Origin: an uncultured delta proteobacterium
GTDB lineage: Bacteria > Desulfobacterota > Binatia > UBA9968
Assembly (NCBI GenBank): GCA_963728565.1
Contig: CAVSLC010000011.1
Coordinates: 96,001-160,000, forward strand
Reading direction: 5' to 3'
Length of the DNA stretch: 64,000 bases
In this document: piece after piece, positions 12,555-22,034 of the stretch
How positions within the stretch are numbered: the stretch's first letter is position 1
Layout of the letters: every line of letters begins with the position of its first letter
Made by a program: the position numbers and the translations under genes
Notes under the pieces: model-generated
Told to the model about the DNA's origin: nothing
Database searches by the model: none
What the model saw: the letters and a program-made list of their open reading frames with translations, nothing else

Positions 12555-13972
12555 ACGAACTACCAGCCACAGGAAGTCACATACATTTAATAGCCATATG
12601 CGGAGTCGGGATGGCGTCACTCGCGGGTCTTCTTAAAGATCAGGGGTATCGTGTCACCGGCTCGGATCAGAATGTTTATCCGCCGATGAGCACCTATCTG
12701 GCGCAAGCCGGAATCGATGTACAAAATGGATTCAACGCGCAACATCTTGCCGATCGGCCTGACTTGGTGATTATCGGCAACGCTGTTTCGCGCGGCAATC
12801 CTGAAGCAGAAGCTGTTCTGGACGGCAAGATCCCCTATCTGTCATTCCCGCAAGCTCTCGGAAAATTCTTGATTGGCGCGCGCCAGTCTATCGTTGTCAC
12901 TGGCACACACGGCAAAACGACCACGACGGCTTTGGCGGCTTGGGTGCTTAAATGCGCCGGCAGTAATCCGGGGTTTTTTGTCGGCGGCGTGCCGCTTAAT
13001 TTTGGCAGCGGCTGGGATCCAGGTGAGAGCGACCAGGTGGTTCTGGAGGGCGACGAGTACGACAGCGCCTTCTTTGATAAAGGCCCCAAGTTTCTCCACT
13101 ATCGCCCGCAAAGCGTTATCCTTACCAGCGTAGAATTTGATCACGCAGACATCTATCGCGATTTGGATCACCTGAAGGAAGCTTTTCGATCTCTGGCTCG
13201 GCTCATTCCCGCCAGCGGGATGCTAGTTGCCTGCTACGATTATCCTGCAGCGCGAGAAGTCGTGAAAGCCGGTTCCTGCCGGATCGTATCATATGGCGAT
13301 GACGAAGATTGTGATTGGACGGTGCGCACCATCCGAACCGAAGGGCGTCGGAGTTACTTTGATCCCTGCTTTAGAAAAATAAGTGAGGGCACGGTTGAGC
13401 TCGGCGCCATCGGCCGGCATAACGTGAAGAATGCCTTGGGTGTCTATGTTTTGGCCCGAGAATTAGGAATGGACCGGAGCAAACTGCTCGAGGGCTTCGC
13501 CTCTTTTTCCGGCGTCAAACGGAGGCAGGAGTTTAAAGGCGAGAGTCGCGGCGTTTTAGTCATAGACGACTTCGCGCATCACCCGACCGCGGTTGCGGAA
13601 ACCATCAAAGCCGTGAAGGACGCCTTCGCCGGGCGACGAGTGTGGGCGGTTTTCGAACCACGGAGCAACACCAGCCGGCGCAACATCTTCGAGCGGGAGT
13701 TTGCACTGTCATTGTCCCTGGCGGACCGGGTTGTCGTTTCCGGCCTTCATCAGCCAGAGAAGATTCCCGAAGCAGACCGATTATCGGTGGAGCGTGTTGT
13801 CGAGTCAATCAATCGATCCGCCGGGCACGAGCAGGGGATAGTAATCAACGGCGCGGATAACATTGCCGCTCACGTCGCGGCCCATGCCAGCGCGGGCGAT
13901 ATCATACTGGTGATGTCAAACGGCGCGTTTGACGGGGTGCAGGACAAAATTTTATCGCGGCTAGCCAGTTAG
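12551..13972 (+). CDS. mpl: murein peptide ligase
   Basis: IAICGVGMASLA, GSDQNVYPPMS, GTHGKTTT, EGDEYDSAFFDK, DDFAHHPT, EPRSNT, MSNGAF. Confidence 0.92.
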   Translation: MNELPATGSHIHLIAICGVGMASLAGLLKDQGYRVTGSDQNVYPPMSTYLAQAGIDVQNGFNAQHLADRPDLVIIGNAVSRGNPEAEAVLDGKIPYLSFPQALGKFLIGARQSIVVTGTHGKTTTTALAAWVLKCAGSNPGFFVGGVPLNFGSGWDPGESDQVVLEGDEYDSAFFDKGPKFLHYRPQSVILTSVEFDHADIYRDLDHLKEAFRSLARLIPASGMLVACYDYPAAREVVKAGSCRIVSYGDDEDCDWTVRTIRTEGRRSYFDPCFRKISEGTVELGAIGRHNVKNALGVYVLARELGMDRSKLLEGFASFSGVKRRQEFKGESRGVLVIDDFAHHPTAVAETIKAVKDAFAGRRVWAVFEPRSNTSRRNIFEREFALSLSLADRVVVSGLHQPEKIPEADRLSVERVVESINRSAGHEQGIVINGADNIAAHVAAHASAGDIILVMSNGAFDGVQDKILSRLAS

Positions 13973-14233
13973 ATGCAATGCAGCGCATTTCTCACTACAG
14001 TAGTAATTTCCTTTTCGTAGTAACGCCTCGCTCTTTGGAACATAGCTTTGGCATTGCGGATCCAACACCATCTCTTCTCCCTTAGGTTTGGCCAAGTTTG
14101 GGTTGCGCGTAGAGCTCTTGCGGGCGACCCAATAGGCTCGCATGGCGGTAATGACAATCCACGCGGCCACGACAAATAGAAGCAAGCGAAGTAACACTGC
14201 GGTTTGTCTAACAGGCCCCGGCTCCACTCTCAA
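13961..14233 (-). CDS. small membrane protein with C-terminal TRASH/YHS-like Cys motif (PP0621-like)
   Basis: N-terminal TM helix; MVLDPQCQSYVP..YYCSEKC. Confidence 0.65.
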   Translation of the reverse strand: MRVEPGPVRQTAVLLRLLLFVVAAWIVITAMRAYWVARKSSTRNPNLAKPKGEEMVLDPQCQSYVPKSEALLRKGNYYCSEKCAALHLTG

Positions 14234-14733
14234 GGGTGAAAAAGATGGATTTTTTTGTCGTCTTTGACATTGACAAGTAGCTCTGAGATCGTGACCCCGA
14301 GCTCGGGGTGAATTACTTGAGGGGCGATTTCACTGAGCGGTATCAAAACGAATTTTCGGTTCGGCATCTCGGGGTGGGGTATGTGCAAGTTCTTTTTCTT
14401 CATCACCAATCCATCGTAGAGCAAGATATCCAAATCGATGATGCGAGCGCCCCAGCGTTTCCTGACCTTCTTCCGTCCCATGGCCCGTTCAATGTTTTTG
14501 AATTTGTTGAGCAGCATCTCGGGTTTGAATTTAGTTTCTATTTCGATGGCGCCGTTAACATACCAATCTGTGGAATCTCCCAAGGGCTCACTTTCATAAA
14601 GAGAAGATTCCTTCAGGATTTTCGTATCGGGAAGCTTCGCTAGCCGGTCCAGCGCCTCGAGAAAGTTGTCTTTCTTCTTGCCGAGGTTGGAGCCGATCCC
14701 GATGTAGACCTGATGAGCGACCGCAGTTGCCAT
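14230..14733 (-). CDS. folK: 2-amino-4-hydroxy-6-hydroxymethyldihydropteridine diphosphokinase
   Basis: YIGIGSNLG, SSLYESEP, WGARIIDLDIL, IPHP..RKFVLIPL. Confidence 0.95.
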   Translation of the reverse strand: MATAVAHQVYIGIGSNLGKKKDNFLEALDRLAKLPDTKILKESSLYESEPLGDSTDWYVNGAIEIETKFKPEMLLNKFKNIERAMGRKKVRKRWGARIIDLDILLYDGLVMKKKNLHIPHPEMPNRKFVLIPLSEIAPQVIHPELGVTISELLVNVKDDKKIHLFHP

Positions 14734-14753
14734 GATCCCTTGGTGGAACAATC

Positions 14754-15926
14754 CTAAAGATTCACCTGCCGGATTCTTTCCGCGACCTCCTTCAAACGTT
14801 GCTGATCGACACATACCGTAAAGCGGACATAACCCTCACCAGCATCGCCAAAGCCGTTTCCGGGAGTGGTTACGACGGCCGCTTCGTCCAGTAGCTTGGC
14901 CGTAAATTCAGCGGAAGAGACACCCTTCGGAGTAGTCACCCAGACGTAGAAGGTCGCGCGAGGTTTTTCGCAGTCCAATCCTACCGCGCGCAGTCCAGAA
15001 ACGAGTATGTCGCGCCGCTCTTGGTAAATTTTCCTGGAGGGCTCGATGATGCTGTCGCCCAGTTTCAACGCCTCGATACCGGCTTCTTGGATCGCCTGAA
15101 AAATACCTGAGTCCAGATTGGACTTCGCTTGTGCCAACCCGCTGACGATGTCGGCGTTACCGACCGCCATACCGATGCGCCATCCGGTCATATTGAAAGT
15201 CTTTGACAATGAGTGGAATTCAATACCGACCTCTTTGGCCCCGTCGACTTCGAGAAAACTCATCGGCCGATATCCGTCGAAACCCATTTCCGTGTATGCA
15301 GCATCGTGGCAGACGATGACGTCGTTCTTGGTGGCGAAATCGATGACTCTTTTATAGAAATCCCGGTCGGCGACCGCCGCAGTGGGATTGTTGGGATAGT
15401 TGATCCAAAGGAGTTTGGCCTGTTTGGCGATGTCATCGGGGATGGAATCCAAGTCGGGTAGAAACTGGTTCTCTTTTTTCAGCGGCAAAAAGTAGTTTCG
15501 GCCGCCGCTAAACGCTGTGCCAATATGGTAGACCGGATAACAGGGACTGGCCACTAGGACAATGTCGCCGGGATCGACGTAGGCTACAGCCATGTTTCCG
15601 ATCCCCTCTTTGGAGCCTATGAGTGATACGACCTCTTTCCCGGCATCCAGCTTTACACCGAAGCGCCGCTGATACCAATTCGCCACTGCTTGACGAAACT
15701 CAGACAAACCTGAACTATTCGGATAACGATGGTTTACCGGAACAGTGGCCCTTTCGATCAGCTTCTCGACAACCGCCGCCGGAGTGGGGATGTCTGGATC
15801 CCCGATGCCTAAGTCGATTAGGTCGACGCCCCGGGCTAGCGCCTCACGTTTTCGCCGGTCGATTTCGGCAAACAGATAAGGCGGTAAATCGTTGATTCGC
15901 TTTGCTTTTTTAATCAAAATGGGCAA
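14754..15926 (-). CDS. dapL: LL-diaminopimelate aminotransferase
   Basis: LPPYLFAEID, DLGIGDPD, IGSKEGI, NYPNNPT, SLSKTFNMTGWRIG; TTG start with GGAGG RBS. Confidence 0.82.
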   Translation of the reverse strand: MPILIKKAKRINDLPPYLFAEIDRRKREALARGVDLIDLGIGDPDIPTPAAVVEKLIERATVPVNHRYPNSSGLSEFRQAVANWYQRRFGVKLDAGKEVVSLIGSKEGIGNMAVAYVDPGDIVLVASPCYPVYHIGTAFSGGRNYFLPLKKENQFLPDLDSIPDDIAKQAKLLWINYPNNPTAAVADRDFYKRVIDFATKNDVIVCHDAAYTEMGFDGYRPMSFLEVDGAKEVGIEFHSLSKTFNMTGWRIGMAVGNADIVSGLAQAKSNLDSGIFQAIQEAGIEALKLGDSIIEPSRKIYQERRDILVSGLRAVGLDCEKPRATFYVWVTTPKGVSSAEFTAKLLDEAAVVTTPGNGFGDAGEGYVRFTVCVDQQRLKEVAERIRQVNL

Positions 15927-16032
15927 CTTCCGTAATCCTCCATGGTAAAATCGCACTGGTTTTACCTGGTTTTTCCAATTTTGACAACCATTTCGAAAAT
16001 CCTCTAATCGTAAGTGTAGTAGGGTTATTTCC

Positions 16033-16521
16033 ATGAACATCATCGTCGACGGATACAATCTGATCGGTAGCGAGCGCGGTTTAAGAGGTGACCTCGAGCA
16101 CCAAAGAAACTGGCTGCTTCAACGCCTTTCGGTTTACCAACAAGTTCGGGGTCATACCGTCGTTGTGGTGTTCGATGGCTGGAAAGCGGGCTTGATGGAC
16201 GAGGTCTCGGAAAATAGACACGGACTCCGAATTGTTTTTTCGCGGCAAGGAGAGAAGGCCGACAGCGTCATCGTGCGGCTGGCGCGAGCAAAAGGAAGCG
16301 GATGTGTTGTAGTTACTTCCGATCGTGAGGTGCGGAGGGCGGTGGAAAAGTTCGGCGCAGCCGCAGTTTATGCAGATGAGTTCAGCCGAATCCTGCGCAA
16401 TCTGGAATTAATCGCAGATGGCGGCAGCCACGAAGGCGAGCGCCGACCGAACAAGAAGGGAAACCCAAAGCGGCTTGGCAAAACCGAACGACAACGTCAA
16501 GGAATACTGAAAAAACTCTAA
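16033..16521 (+). CDS. YacP/Rae1-like NYN domain ribonuclease
   Basis: IIVDGYNLI, VVFDG, ADSVI, VVTSDREV. Confidence 0.85.
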   Translation: MNIIVDGYNLIGSERGLRGDLEHQRNWLLQRLSVYQQVRGHTVVVVFDGWKAGLMDEVSENRHGLRIVFSRQGEKADSVIVRLARAKGSGCVVVTSDREVRRAVEKFGAAAVYADEFSRILRNLELIADGGSHEGERRPNKKGNPKRLGKTERQRQGILKKL

Positions 16522-16544
16522 GTTCCGACCTGTGACGCAGCAAA

Positions 16545-17261
16545 TCAACGCGTGGTTGTTTTCGTCCTTTCTAAGCGATTGAGCGCGCCGTTGCGGAATA
16601 TCAGCAGGGTGCCGTCCGGATAAAACCAATGCTCCTCGCTTGTATGTTGCGGACCTTTAATGCGACTTACCCGTCGGGGATCACCAACAACTCTTTTGAC
16701 CTCACCTACGGTCATCCCAGGCACGGCTTGACCTTTGATGGCCGATTCCTTTACAGCTGCCGACCAAGGCTGACTCTGGATCCATTCTATTCGAGCCTTT
16801 TCCGCTTGGTTCTTTTCCTCCAAAGCCTTTTTTTCGTCAGCTAGCGGATCCGTCGTGAGGATTGTGGCGTTAAACTGTTCGTGAAAAGCTTGCGCATGAA
16901 TGTATCCCTCCGCTCCTGATTCGAACTTTACTTTGTAATAAGGATTTCTAGCTTTTCGCCCGACCAGTTCAGTAATTTCAAAGGATTCGTTGACTCCCGG
17001 ATGGAATGCCGATGCATTAGAAGTCGGAGATCTCACGAAGGACGGGAGCTTTCCTTCGACCGCCGATATCCAGAAGATTTTGCCGACTCGCGCCTCCAGC
17101 GCATCAATCTGCTTTTCCGTATAGTGGTTCGATGCTGCTGCAGGTGTGGCAAGAATCAGCAAAATCCATATGGCAAAAGCGGTGACCCTATAACCTATAG
17201 AAAGCAAGCGTTCAATCCGATTGAGATAGCGGGAAGTTAGATCCCGAATGAGCTTGTGCAT
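16545..17261 (-). CDS. exported hypothetical protein with C-terminal SmpA/BamE-like motif
   Basis: signal-like hydrophobic stretch; GMTVGEVKRVVGDP..EHWFY..LIFRNG. Confidence 0.55.
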   Translation of the reverse strand: MHKLIRDLTSRYLNRIERLLSIGYRVTAFAIWILLILATPAAASNHYTEKQIDALEARVGKIFWISAVEGKLPSFVRSPTSNASAFHPGVNESFEITELVGRKARNPYYKVKFESGAEGYIHAQAFHEQFNATILTTDPLADEKKALEEKNQAEKARIEWIQSQPWSAAVKESAIKGQAVPGMTVGEVKRVVGDPRRVSRIKGPQHTSEEHWFYPDGTLLIFRNGALNRLERTKTTTR

Positions 17262-17286
17262 CAGGCTTCGCCGCTTATTTTGAATG

Positions 17287-17313
17287 AAAAAAGGAGGCTC
17301 ATGGAGCCTCCTT
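17287..17313 (-). terminator. terminator after tRNA-Met
   Basis: AAGGAGGCTC-ATG-GAGCCTCCTT hairpin followed by a T-run on the minus strand. Confidence 0.85.
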
Positions 17314-17316
17314 GCA

Positions 17317-17393
17317 TGGTTGCGGGGCCGGGATTTGAACCCGGGACCTCAAGGTTATGAGCCTTGCGAGCTGCCAGACTGCTCCACCCCGCG
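17317..17393 (-). tRNA. initiator tRNA-fMet (CAT)
   Basis: CGCGGGGTGGAGCAGTCTGGCAGCTCGCAAGGCTCATAACCTTGAGGTCCCGGGTTCAAATCCCGGCCCCGCAACCA; C1:A72 mismatch, encoded CCA. Confidence 0.96.
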
Positions 17394-17456
17394 ATAAATG
17401 GTATCGGATATTGGTTGTACCTTGCGATTTCCGAGGAGTCAAGGTAGGCATTGCTT

Positions 17457-17882
17457 ATGAGTGAAAAACCTCGAACCCCATTGACGACGGTGGATACAAT
17501 CATCGAAATCTCCAGCGGCGGAATTGTCTTGGTTGAAAGAAAAAATCCGCCGCACGGCTGGGCGCTGCCCGGTGGCTTTGTCGATTATGGAGAGTCTCTG
17601 GAAGTTGCCGCGGTGCGGGAAGCCAAAGAAGAGACTTGCCTTGATATCACTCTCGTCGAGCAGTTCTACACTTACTCCGATCCGCAAAGGGATCCGCGAC
17701 ATCACACGGCCTCAACTGTCTACTTGGCGATCGCCGACGGGGTCCCACAGGGAGAGGACGATGCTCAAGATGCCAAAGTATTCATGGAAAACGAGCTTCC
17801 TAGTCCGATAGTTTTCGATCATTCAAAGATTTTGGCGGATTATTTCAGATTTAAAAAGACCGGAAAGCGGCCCAAACCCTAA
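17457..17882 (+). CDS. NUDIX hydrolase
   Basis: [26 protein letters not shown] Nudix box; YSDPQRDPR. Confidence 0.92.
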   Translation: MSEKPRTPLTTVDTIIEISSGGIVLVERKNPPHGWALPGGFVDYGESLEVAAVREAKEETCLDITLVEQFYTYSDPQRDPRHHTASTVYLAIADGVPQGEDDAQDAKVFMENELPSPIVFDHSKILADYFRFKKTGKRPKP

Positions 17883-17897
17883 ATAGCCGCTGGTGCG

Positions 17898-19094
17898 CTA
17901 ATGAATCTTCGCGAACGCGTCGCGCATGCGCCGGCATCCCTGTTCAACGTTCTCCAAGGACGTCGCATACGATAATCGAATGTGCGCGTTGGAGCCGAAA
18001 TCTTCGCCTGGAACCACGGCGACTTTCGCTTCTTCAAGCAGATAATCTGCGATATCGCATGGCGAAGTCAGGCTTTTACCGTTCACATTCTTGCCGATGA
18101 AAGCAGCGATATTCGGAAAAACATAAAAGGCGCCTTGCGGCTTGAGGCATTGTACGCCGCTGATGGCATTAAGGCGCTCGACCACAACATTTCGCCGTTT
18201 CGCAAATTCGCCGACCATCATCGCCACATCTTCCTGCGGACCCTGGATCGCCTCGAGAGCAGCGGCTTGAGCTATGGAGGTCGGGTTTGATGTGCTCTGG
18301 CTCTGAATCTTGGCCGCAGCGTCAATGATATCAGCCGGACCAAGCGCGTAACCGATGCGCCAACCGGTCATGGCATAGCTTTTTGATACTCCGTTTACGA
18401 TAACAATTCGGTCGCGCAACGATGGCGCCAGCGTGGCAAGGTTTCGGATGGTGAACCCATCGTAAACGATTTTATCGTAGATATCGTCGGTAACAATGAG
18501 ACAATTGTGTCTCTCGAGAACCTTTGCAATGGCCATCAGTTCAGTCTCTTCGTAGCTCGCCCCAGTGGGATTGCTGGGACTGTTCAGAACGAAGATTCGT
18601 GTACGCGAAGAAAGTGCTTTGGCGAGTTGTTCCGCGCCGATGCGAAATTGGGTCGCCTCGCTGGTCTGAATGATCTTGGGCACACCGCCCGCCAGCAGTG
18701 CCATATCCGCGTAACTCACCCAATAAGGTGCAGGAACAAGAATCTCATCGCCGGGATTCACTACTGCTTGGAAAAGATTATAGAGGGAGTGTTTGGCGCC
18801 GCAGCTAACCAATATTTCGCTCATTTGATATCGGAGCCCGTAGTCGCTCAGGTATTTTTGCGCAATGGCTTGCCGCAGCGGTTCAATGCCTCTGACATCG
18901 GTATACTTGGTCATTCCTTTTTTTAGAGCTTCGATAGCAGCCGCTTTGATTCTATCAGGAGTATCAAAGTCCGGCTCTCCGGCGGAGAAATTGATCACAT
19001 CGATGCCTTGGGATCGAAGTTTTCCTGCTTTTGCGGCGATTGCCAAAGTCACCGAGGGTTTGATGAGTAGAGTTCTTTCTGCCAGCGTAGTCAT
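17898..19094 (-). CDS. aspC: aspartate aminotransferase (class I PLP)
   Basis: AGEPDFDTP, GAKHSL, NSPSNPTG, NGVSKSYAMTGWRIGY. Confidence 0.85.
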   Translation of the reverse strand: MTTLAERTLLIKPSVTLAIAAKAGKLRSQGIDVINFSAGEPDFDTPDRIKAAAIEALKKGMTKYTDVRGIEPLRQAIAQKYLSDYGLRYQMSEILVSCGAKHSLYNLFQAVVNPGDEILVPAPYWVSYADMALLAGGVPKIIQTSEATQFRIGAEQLAKALSSRTRIFVLNSPSNPTGASYEETELMAIAKVLERHNCLIVTDDIYDKIVYDGFTIRNLATLAPSLRDRIVIVNGVSKSYAMTGWRIGYALGPADIIDAAAKIQSQSTSNPTSIAQAAALEAIQGPQEDVAMMVGEFAKRRNVVVERLNAISGVQCLKPQGAFYVFPNIAAFIGKNVNGKSLTSPCDIADYLLEEAKVAVVPGEDFGSNAHIRLSYATSLENVEQGCRRMRDAFAKIH

Positions 19095-19592
19095 CTACTT
19101 TTCCTGCCTAAACTTCCAGTTGAGGTTCTTAAGAACATTATCAGGAACTAGTCCTTCGACGTTGCCGCCCAAACTGACGACTTCCTTGACCAGGCGTGAG
19201 CTGATGTAGAACTCGGATTCGCCGGTCATCATGAAGAATGTTTCCACGTTGGGTTTGAGTCGGTGATTCATCATAGCCATCTGGAACTCGTATTCAAAAT
19301 CCGATACCGCCCGCAACCCTCGGATAATGACCGGAGCTTGCTTGCGTTCAGCATAATCCACCAGCAGCTTTTGGAAAGAATCCGCCTCTACGCGATCCTT
19401 TAGAGTTTCGAAGACTCCACGGATCATCTCCAAACGTTCTTCAACCGAGAAAAGGGAAGTATCCTTACCCGCGTTAGTGGCAATAGCGACTACTACTTTG
19501 TCGAAGACGCGCAGGGCGCGCTTGACGAGGTCGACGTGGCCGTTGGTGATCGGATCGAATGATCCAGGATAGATTGCAGTGTTTTGTGTCAT
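19095..19592 (-). CDS. coaD: pantetheine-phosphate adenylyltransferase
   Basis: YPGSFDPITNGH, RGLRAVSDFEYE, ISSRLVKE. Confidence 0.97.
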   Translation of the reverse strand: MTQNTAIYPGSFDPITNGHVDLVKRALRVFDKVVVAIATNAGKDTSLFSVEERLEMIRGVFETLKDRVEADSFQKLLVDYAERKQAPVIIRGLRAVSDFEYEFQMAMMNHRLKPNVETFFMMTGESEFYISSRLVKEVVSLGGNVEGLVPDNVLKNLNWKFRQEK

Positions 19593-19609
19593 CTCCTAGG
19601 TGCCCCTAT

Positions 19610-20179
19610 TCAGCTGAGATCCTTGGACGCTTTATGTTCAAAGAAGGAGAGCCAAGTGTCGCCGTAGTTTCGCTGATCTTTCAAAATCAGCGAGCCATAT
19701 TCCGCCTCGGGTTGTTCGCGGGCACTGTGTTCCACCACCAATGTTCCGGACGCCCGCAACAGGTTTCCGCGCGCGATCGCCTCTAGAGAGGCTCGAACCC
19801 AGTTGCGTTGGTAGGGCGGGTCGAGAAAAATCATATCGAAGGATTCCCCGCGCCGCGCCAGCGAGTGTAAGGCTCGGGAGACTGGCGCAATCCGAACACT
19901 AGCACGATCCGCGAAACCTAGTCTGCGGAGATTCTCGCGGATCACCTTACCAGATTTGTCCGACGAGTCTATCAAAATTGCTTCCGCAGCTCCGCGGCTG
20001 ATGGCTTCGATGCTGACGTTTCCCGTACCCGAGAAGAGATCCAAAAGTTTGATGCCGGAGAGATCGTGAGGCAGGATGTTAAACAGCGATTCCTTCACCC
20101 GATCCGATGTCGGACGCACGGCTTGTCCCTTCGGTACTTTCAGACGCCTCCCTCTTGCTTTTCCGCCTATGACTCGCAT
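19610..20179 (-). CDS. rsmD: 16S rRNA m2G966 methyltransferase
   Basis: MRVIGG..GRRL, RPTSDRVKESLFN, LDLFSGTG, FLDPPY. Confidence 0.95.
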   Translation of the reverse strand: MRVIGGKARGRRLKVPKGQAVRPTSDRVKESLFNILPHDLSGIKLLDLFSGTGNVSIEAISRGAAEAILIDSSDKSGKVIRENLRRLGFADRASVRIAPVSRALHSLARRGESFDMIFLDPPYQRNWVRASLEAIARGNLLRASGTLVVEHSAREQPEAEYGSLILKDQRNYGDTWLSFFEHKASKDLS

Positions 20180-20615
20180 CCTGGATCAGCGCTTCTCTCT
20201 CGGCCATCTATCTTTGCCATCGTGCGACTTATCACCATGCACAAGATGATTTTGCCGAAGCCAACGTCAAAGTTTGTAACACGAATGGCCGGGCGACCAC
20301 TGTCCTGGCGCGATCCGCGGCCGAATACCATGCGCAAGGCTAATCTCAAAGGATTCGCTGCAGTTATAGATACCGTTCAAATTCAATTGACCAAGCGTAG
20401 TGGAGATCTAGCATAACGACTCGCTCATAGTATCGGCGGTCGCCATCGGCTTCGTAGCAAAGCAGGTCCATGATGCCATGGGCGTTGAACTAAACTGCTT
20501 TCACAAACCTCGAACAGCTTCTTGTTCGCTAGGAGGTATCTGAATGGTTAAAGCAACCACCGAGTTCGATAGCAGTGTCGCTGGAATCGGGCCTTCGCCT
20601 TCGCTGAAGCTTATG

Positions 20616-20969
20616 TCACGCGGAAAACGATGTGCCGCAGCCGCAGGTTCCGGTTGCGTTCGGGTTGGCGAATTTAAAGCCGCCGCCATAGAGTCCTGAG
20701 ACGAAGTCTATAACTGTGCCTTGGAGGAAGGGGATACTTTCAGGATCAATGTAAACAGTCAGGCTTGTGCAATCTAAGGTGATGTCGCCTGGTTTTGGTT
20801 GTTTCTCAAAATTGAGCTGGTAGGAAAAGCCCGAACAACCGCCATCAGAAACCGAGATTCTTAATGCACGATCGATATACTCGCTACGAGCAAGCAATGA
20901 CTTTACTTGCTCAACAGCCTTGGGAGTTAGCTTGAGATCAACCGCGCCTTTGTCACTCGTTTGCGTCAT
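20616..20969 (-). CDS. A-type Fe-S carrier (HesB/IscA/ErpA family)
   Basis: GGCSGFSY, NPNATGTCGCGTSF. Confidence 0.93.
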   Translation of the reverse strand: MTQTSDKGAVDLKLTPKAVEQVKSLLARSEYIDRALRISVSDGGCSGFSYQLNFEKQPKPGDITLDCTSLTVYIDPESIPFLQGTVIDFVSGLYGGGFKFANPNATGTCGCGTSFSA

Positions 20970-21039
20970 TTTAGCCTCTGAAACCAGAGCTTAAATCGTA
21001 ACGACGACCTCGCCTCATGTCAAGTCGGCAACGCGTGCT

Positions 21040-21963
21040 TTATCTCTCGAAGAGCGCCTCGACGAAGCGCTCAGCCTCAAATGGCTGTAGATCTTCCACG
21101 TCTTCGCCTACCCCGACGTAGCGCACCGAAATCCCAAGCTCCTCCTGAATGCTAATGATGACTCCGCCTTTGGCCGTTCCGTCCAGTTTGGTCAAAACAA
21201 TACCGTCAATCTCAGTGGCTTCTTTGAAGATTTTCGCCTGCTGGAGACCGTTTTGGCCGGTGGTAGCATCGAGCACCAGGAGTGTTTCATGCGGCGCCCC
21301 CGGCTGTTCGCGTGCGATCACCCTCCGAATCTTTTTCAATTCCTCCACCAGATGCACCTTGGTATGAAGACGGCCGGCGGTATCGATGAGGAGTACGTCG
21401 ATACCTCTGCTCTTTGCAGCCTGCATCCCATCGTAGACGACCGCGGACGGATCGGAACCCGCTCGATGTTTAATCAATTCCACACCGGCTCGGCGGCCCC
21501 AGACTTCGAGCTGTTCGACGGCCGCCGCGCGAAACGTGTCGCCCGCGACTAGGAGAACCTTCTTGCCGTCGGCCTTATATTGAGCAGCAAGCTTTCCGAT
21601 GGTGGTGGTTTTGCCCACGCCATTGACCCCGAGAAACAACACAACCCAAGGCCGCACGGACAATGCCACCAGCCGCGGCGCTGCGGCAGAGTCTTGCAGC
21701 AGCTTTACCATGGCCTGCTGCAATTGTGATGACATGTCCCGTGCCGGATCCTCGCTGCCGCTAGGAGTCAGGCCGCGCAACCTCTCCATCAACTTCTGCG
21801 TTGCTTTAACCCCAACATCAGCAGTGAGCAGATTCTCTTCCATCTCCGCGAGCGATTGCTCATCCCATTCGCGATTCTGAAAGATGGATCCCATTTTTTG
21901 GACCCAGGTTTCCCGGCTCTTGGTAAGCCCGTCCTTTAATCGTTGAAAGAAAGAACCTGCCAC
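21040..21963 (-). CDS. ftsY: SRP receptor FtsY
   Basis: [37 protein letters not shown]. Confidence 0.97.
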   Translation of the reverse strand: MAGSFFQRLKDGLTKSRETWVQKMGSIFQNREWDEQSLAEMEENLLTADVGVKATQKLMERLRGLTPSGSEDPARDMSSQLQQAMVKLLQDSAAAPRLVALSVRPWVVLFLGVNGVGKTTTIGKLAAQYKADGKKVLLVAGDTFRAAAVEQLEVWGRRAGVELIKHRAGSDPSAVVYDGMQAAKSRGIDVLLIDTAGRLHTKVHLVEELKKIRRVIAREQPGAPHETLLVLDATTGQNGLQQAKIFKEATEIDGIVLTKLDGTAKGGVIISIQEELGISVRYVGVGEDVEDLQPFEAERFVEALFER

Positions 21964-22034
21964 TTCTGAATCCTTGGGGCGCTTGCGAGGGGAGAGGACA
22001 GCAGTTGATGCCGGCGACGCGCGGAGTTTCGCTG

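Noticed and set aside
17261-17503. 80-aa ORF and possible island at the tRNA
   Set aside because: The ORF is a read-through of the tRNA sequence; no duplicated tRNA 3' end or integrase nearby.
20180-20615. Long intergenic gap with AGGAGG-ATG near 20544; possible ncRNA
   Set aside because: The ORF runs antisense into the iscA-like gene; no recognisable 6S, SRP or riboswitch features by eye.
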